A stretch of DNA of 64,000 bases from an uncultured Verrucomicrobiae bacterium (GTDB lineage: Bacteria; Verrucomicrobiota; Verrucomicrobiia; Limisphaerales; JAFGQR01): assembly GCA_963788655.1 (NCBI GenBank), contig CAWBHS010000076.1, forward strand, positions 96,001-160,000, written 5' to 3'. Shown here piece by piece: positions 62,663 through 64,000 of this stretch (positions within the stretch are counted from its first letter, which is position 1; each line of letters opens with the position of its first letter). A model generated the notes under the pieces. It had not been told where the DNA came from. It ran no database searches and saw only the letters and a program-made list of their open reading frames with translations. A program made the translations under genes and the position numbers.

Positions 62663-62679
62663 AGCAAAAGGACTGCCAA
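62663..62679 (-). promoter_or_regulatory. Sigma54 -24/-12 site upstream of the heme MCP
   Basis: TTGGCAGTCCTTTTGCT on the minus strand, about 77 nt before the ATG. Confidence 0.55.
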
Positions 62680-62764
62680 AGCAACTCCGCAGCAGGAGGT
62701 TTCTCCAGGCGATTAGAGGCACTCCGGAGAGCCGAAGCCGTTGGGCGGTTTCCGTAGCGCGCGC

Positions 62765-63206
62765 TCAGGCGGCCACGTTGAAAAGAAAGTCCTCGTCGAG
62801 AATCAGAAGGGTTTGCTGGTTCTTTAATCGCTGCCCGACCCGCCACGCCATTCCGGGTACTCGCCTGGGCCAACCCCACCGGCAATGCTTCAATGTTCTC
62901 TTCCGGAATCGGCTCCACCGCCTCCGCCAAGTCAGCACTGAAAGCCAGTGAACCATTACCGCGGGACAAAACAATGGCCAACTCCCGATGCCCTTCCGTC
63001 AATATGCGCCGCGATTCCTCGAACCGCCGGATCAACGCTGCCAACTCGCGGTTGCGGCGGGAGGCGATTAATTCGAGCGCCCCATCGGTATCGCCACAAT
63101 CGGCCCGGCGCAGCGCCTCGTCCGCCGTGGCATGAATTTGTTGATGGGGTGCCTCCATGCTGGGCAGCGTCATGCGCAGCAGCCGGTCTTCATCAGCAAG
63201 GGCGCG
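62765..63206 (-). pseudogene. Remnant of a CheW protein with an inserted CZB domain
   Basis: DRLLRMTLPSMEAPHQQIH (CZB PHxxxH), then a CheW-like C-terminal half ending TLLILDEDFLF after a frameshift; 5' part decayed. Confidence 0.6.
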
Positions 63207-63329
63207 TTAATGAAGCCTCGACTTTCGAGGGCGAGTGCTTACGTGCAATAACTGCGAGCGAAAAGCGGCTGTGATCCACGGTTCGCGGTTGGAGCTTTGA
63301 CTTCAGCACGGTGCAGGCGGGGCTCGATT

Positions 63330-63998
63330 CTAGGAATGCTTGAAATCCCCTTCCATCTGTAGTTCCACCCCGTTGACCACTCCACGAGTTTCAGACTGAG
63401 GCAGGATGCGGCGCCCGTTGCCGGCGCCGTAAGGTTTCACAATCATGGGGCCGATCAGATTGGAGGACTCCGCGCCGGTTGCCGCCACGTTGGGGGCGCT
63501 TGGGGGAGAACCGGTGGCCGGCCCGCGATGCCCGTCCACCATCTGTCGCAATTCGAGCACCACCTGTTTGACCGCCTCGGCCTGGCCGACCAGTTCCTGC
63601 GCGGCGCTCGCGCTTTCTTCGGCGACTGCGGCGTTGTTTTGACTCACCTGGTCCAATTGGCTGACAGCAGTTTGAATGTGGGTGATGCCCTGGCTTTGTT
63701 CTTTCGACGCCAACGTGATCTGCCCCATCATCGTGTCCAGGGAATTGATCGCTTGTACAATGTCATTAAAGCCGGCCCGGACCTTTTGGGCGGTGGCATC
63801 AATTTCCGCCAGCCGCTGGACGACTTTCTCGCTCTCGTTCACGCTCTGGTCACTGCGCTGGAGGGAAACCTGGATTTTGGAAGCCGTGTCTTTGGCGGCG
63901 GCGGCGCTGCGCTGGGCGAGGTTGCGCACTTCGTCGGCCACCACGGCGAAGCCCATGCCGGCCTCGCCCGCCCGGGCCGCCTCCACCGCGGCGTTCAA
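63330..63998 (-). CDS. Methyl-accepting chemoreceptor, C-terminal part (runs off the window end)
   Basis: [24 protein letters not shown]; close paralogue of the two downstream MCPs; ends DFKHS. Confidence 0.93.
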   Translation of the reverse strand: MNAAVEAARAGEAGMGFAVVADEVRNLAQRSAAAAKDTASKIQVSLQRSDQSVNESEKVVQRLAEIDATAQKVRAGFNDIVQAINSLDTMMGQITLASKEQSQGITHIQTAVSQLDQVSQNNAAVAEESASAAQELVGQAEAVKQVVLELRQMVDGHRGPATGSPPSAPNVAATGAESSNLIGPMIVKPYGAGNGRRILPQSETRGVVNGVELQMEGDFKHS

Positions 63999-64000
63999 GG

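Overview
GC-rich bacterial DNA, probably Verrucomicrobiota or a PVC relative; this is inferred from protein style, the palindromic repeat families and a Planctomycete-type ECF/kinase pair. 1-25 kb holds housekeeping and accessory genes: metX-metW, a YbhGFSR-like ABC exporter, ftsH, ppx/sixA/ppk1, a large membrane Ser/Thr kinase with a beta-propeller next to an ECF sigma factor, and an MFS transporter, plus IS21 and DNA-methyltransferase remnants. 25.5-64 kb is a flagellar/chemosensory region. Two short flagellins flank a cheA-cheW-MCP-cheY-cheB-cheR-HDOD-cheX-REC block. These are followed by fliD, flgM, fliS, chaperone-like and unassigned genes, an atypical sigma54-type activator and cheR-cheD-HDOD-cheB. 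A convergent minus-strand array carries four MCPs with a PAS kinase, REC, a stand-alone CheB and CheX. Several genes carry indels that look like read errors. The strongest novel signal is that both flagellin genes share a ~130-nt leader with conserved spacing, compensatory base changes, two predicted tandem H-type pseudoknots and two GGA-loop (CsrA-like) sites behind sigma28-type promoters. Also notable is a symmetric 14+14 residue insertion in the minus-strand MCP signalling domains.
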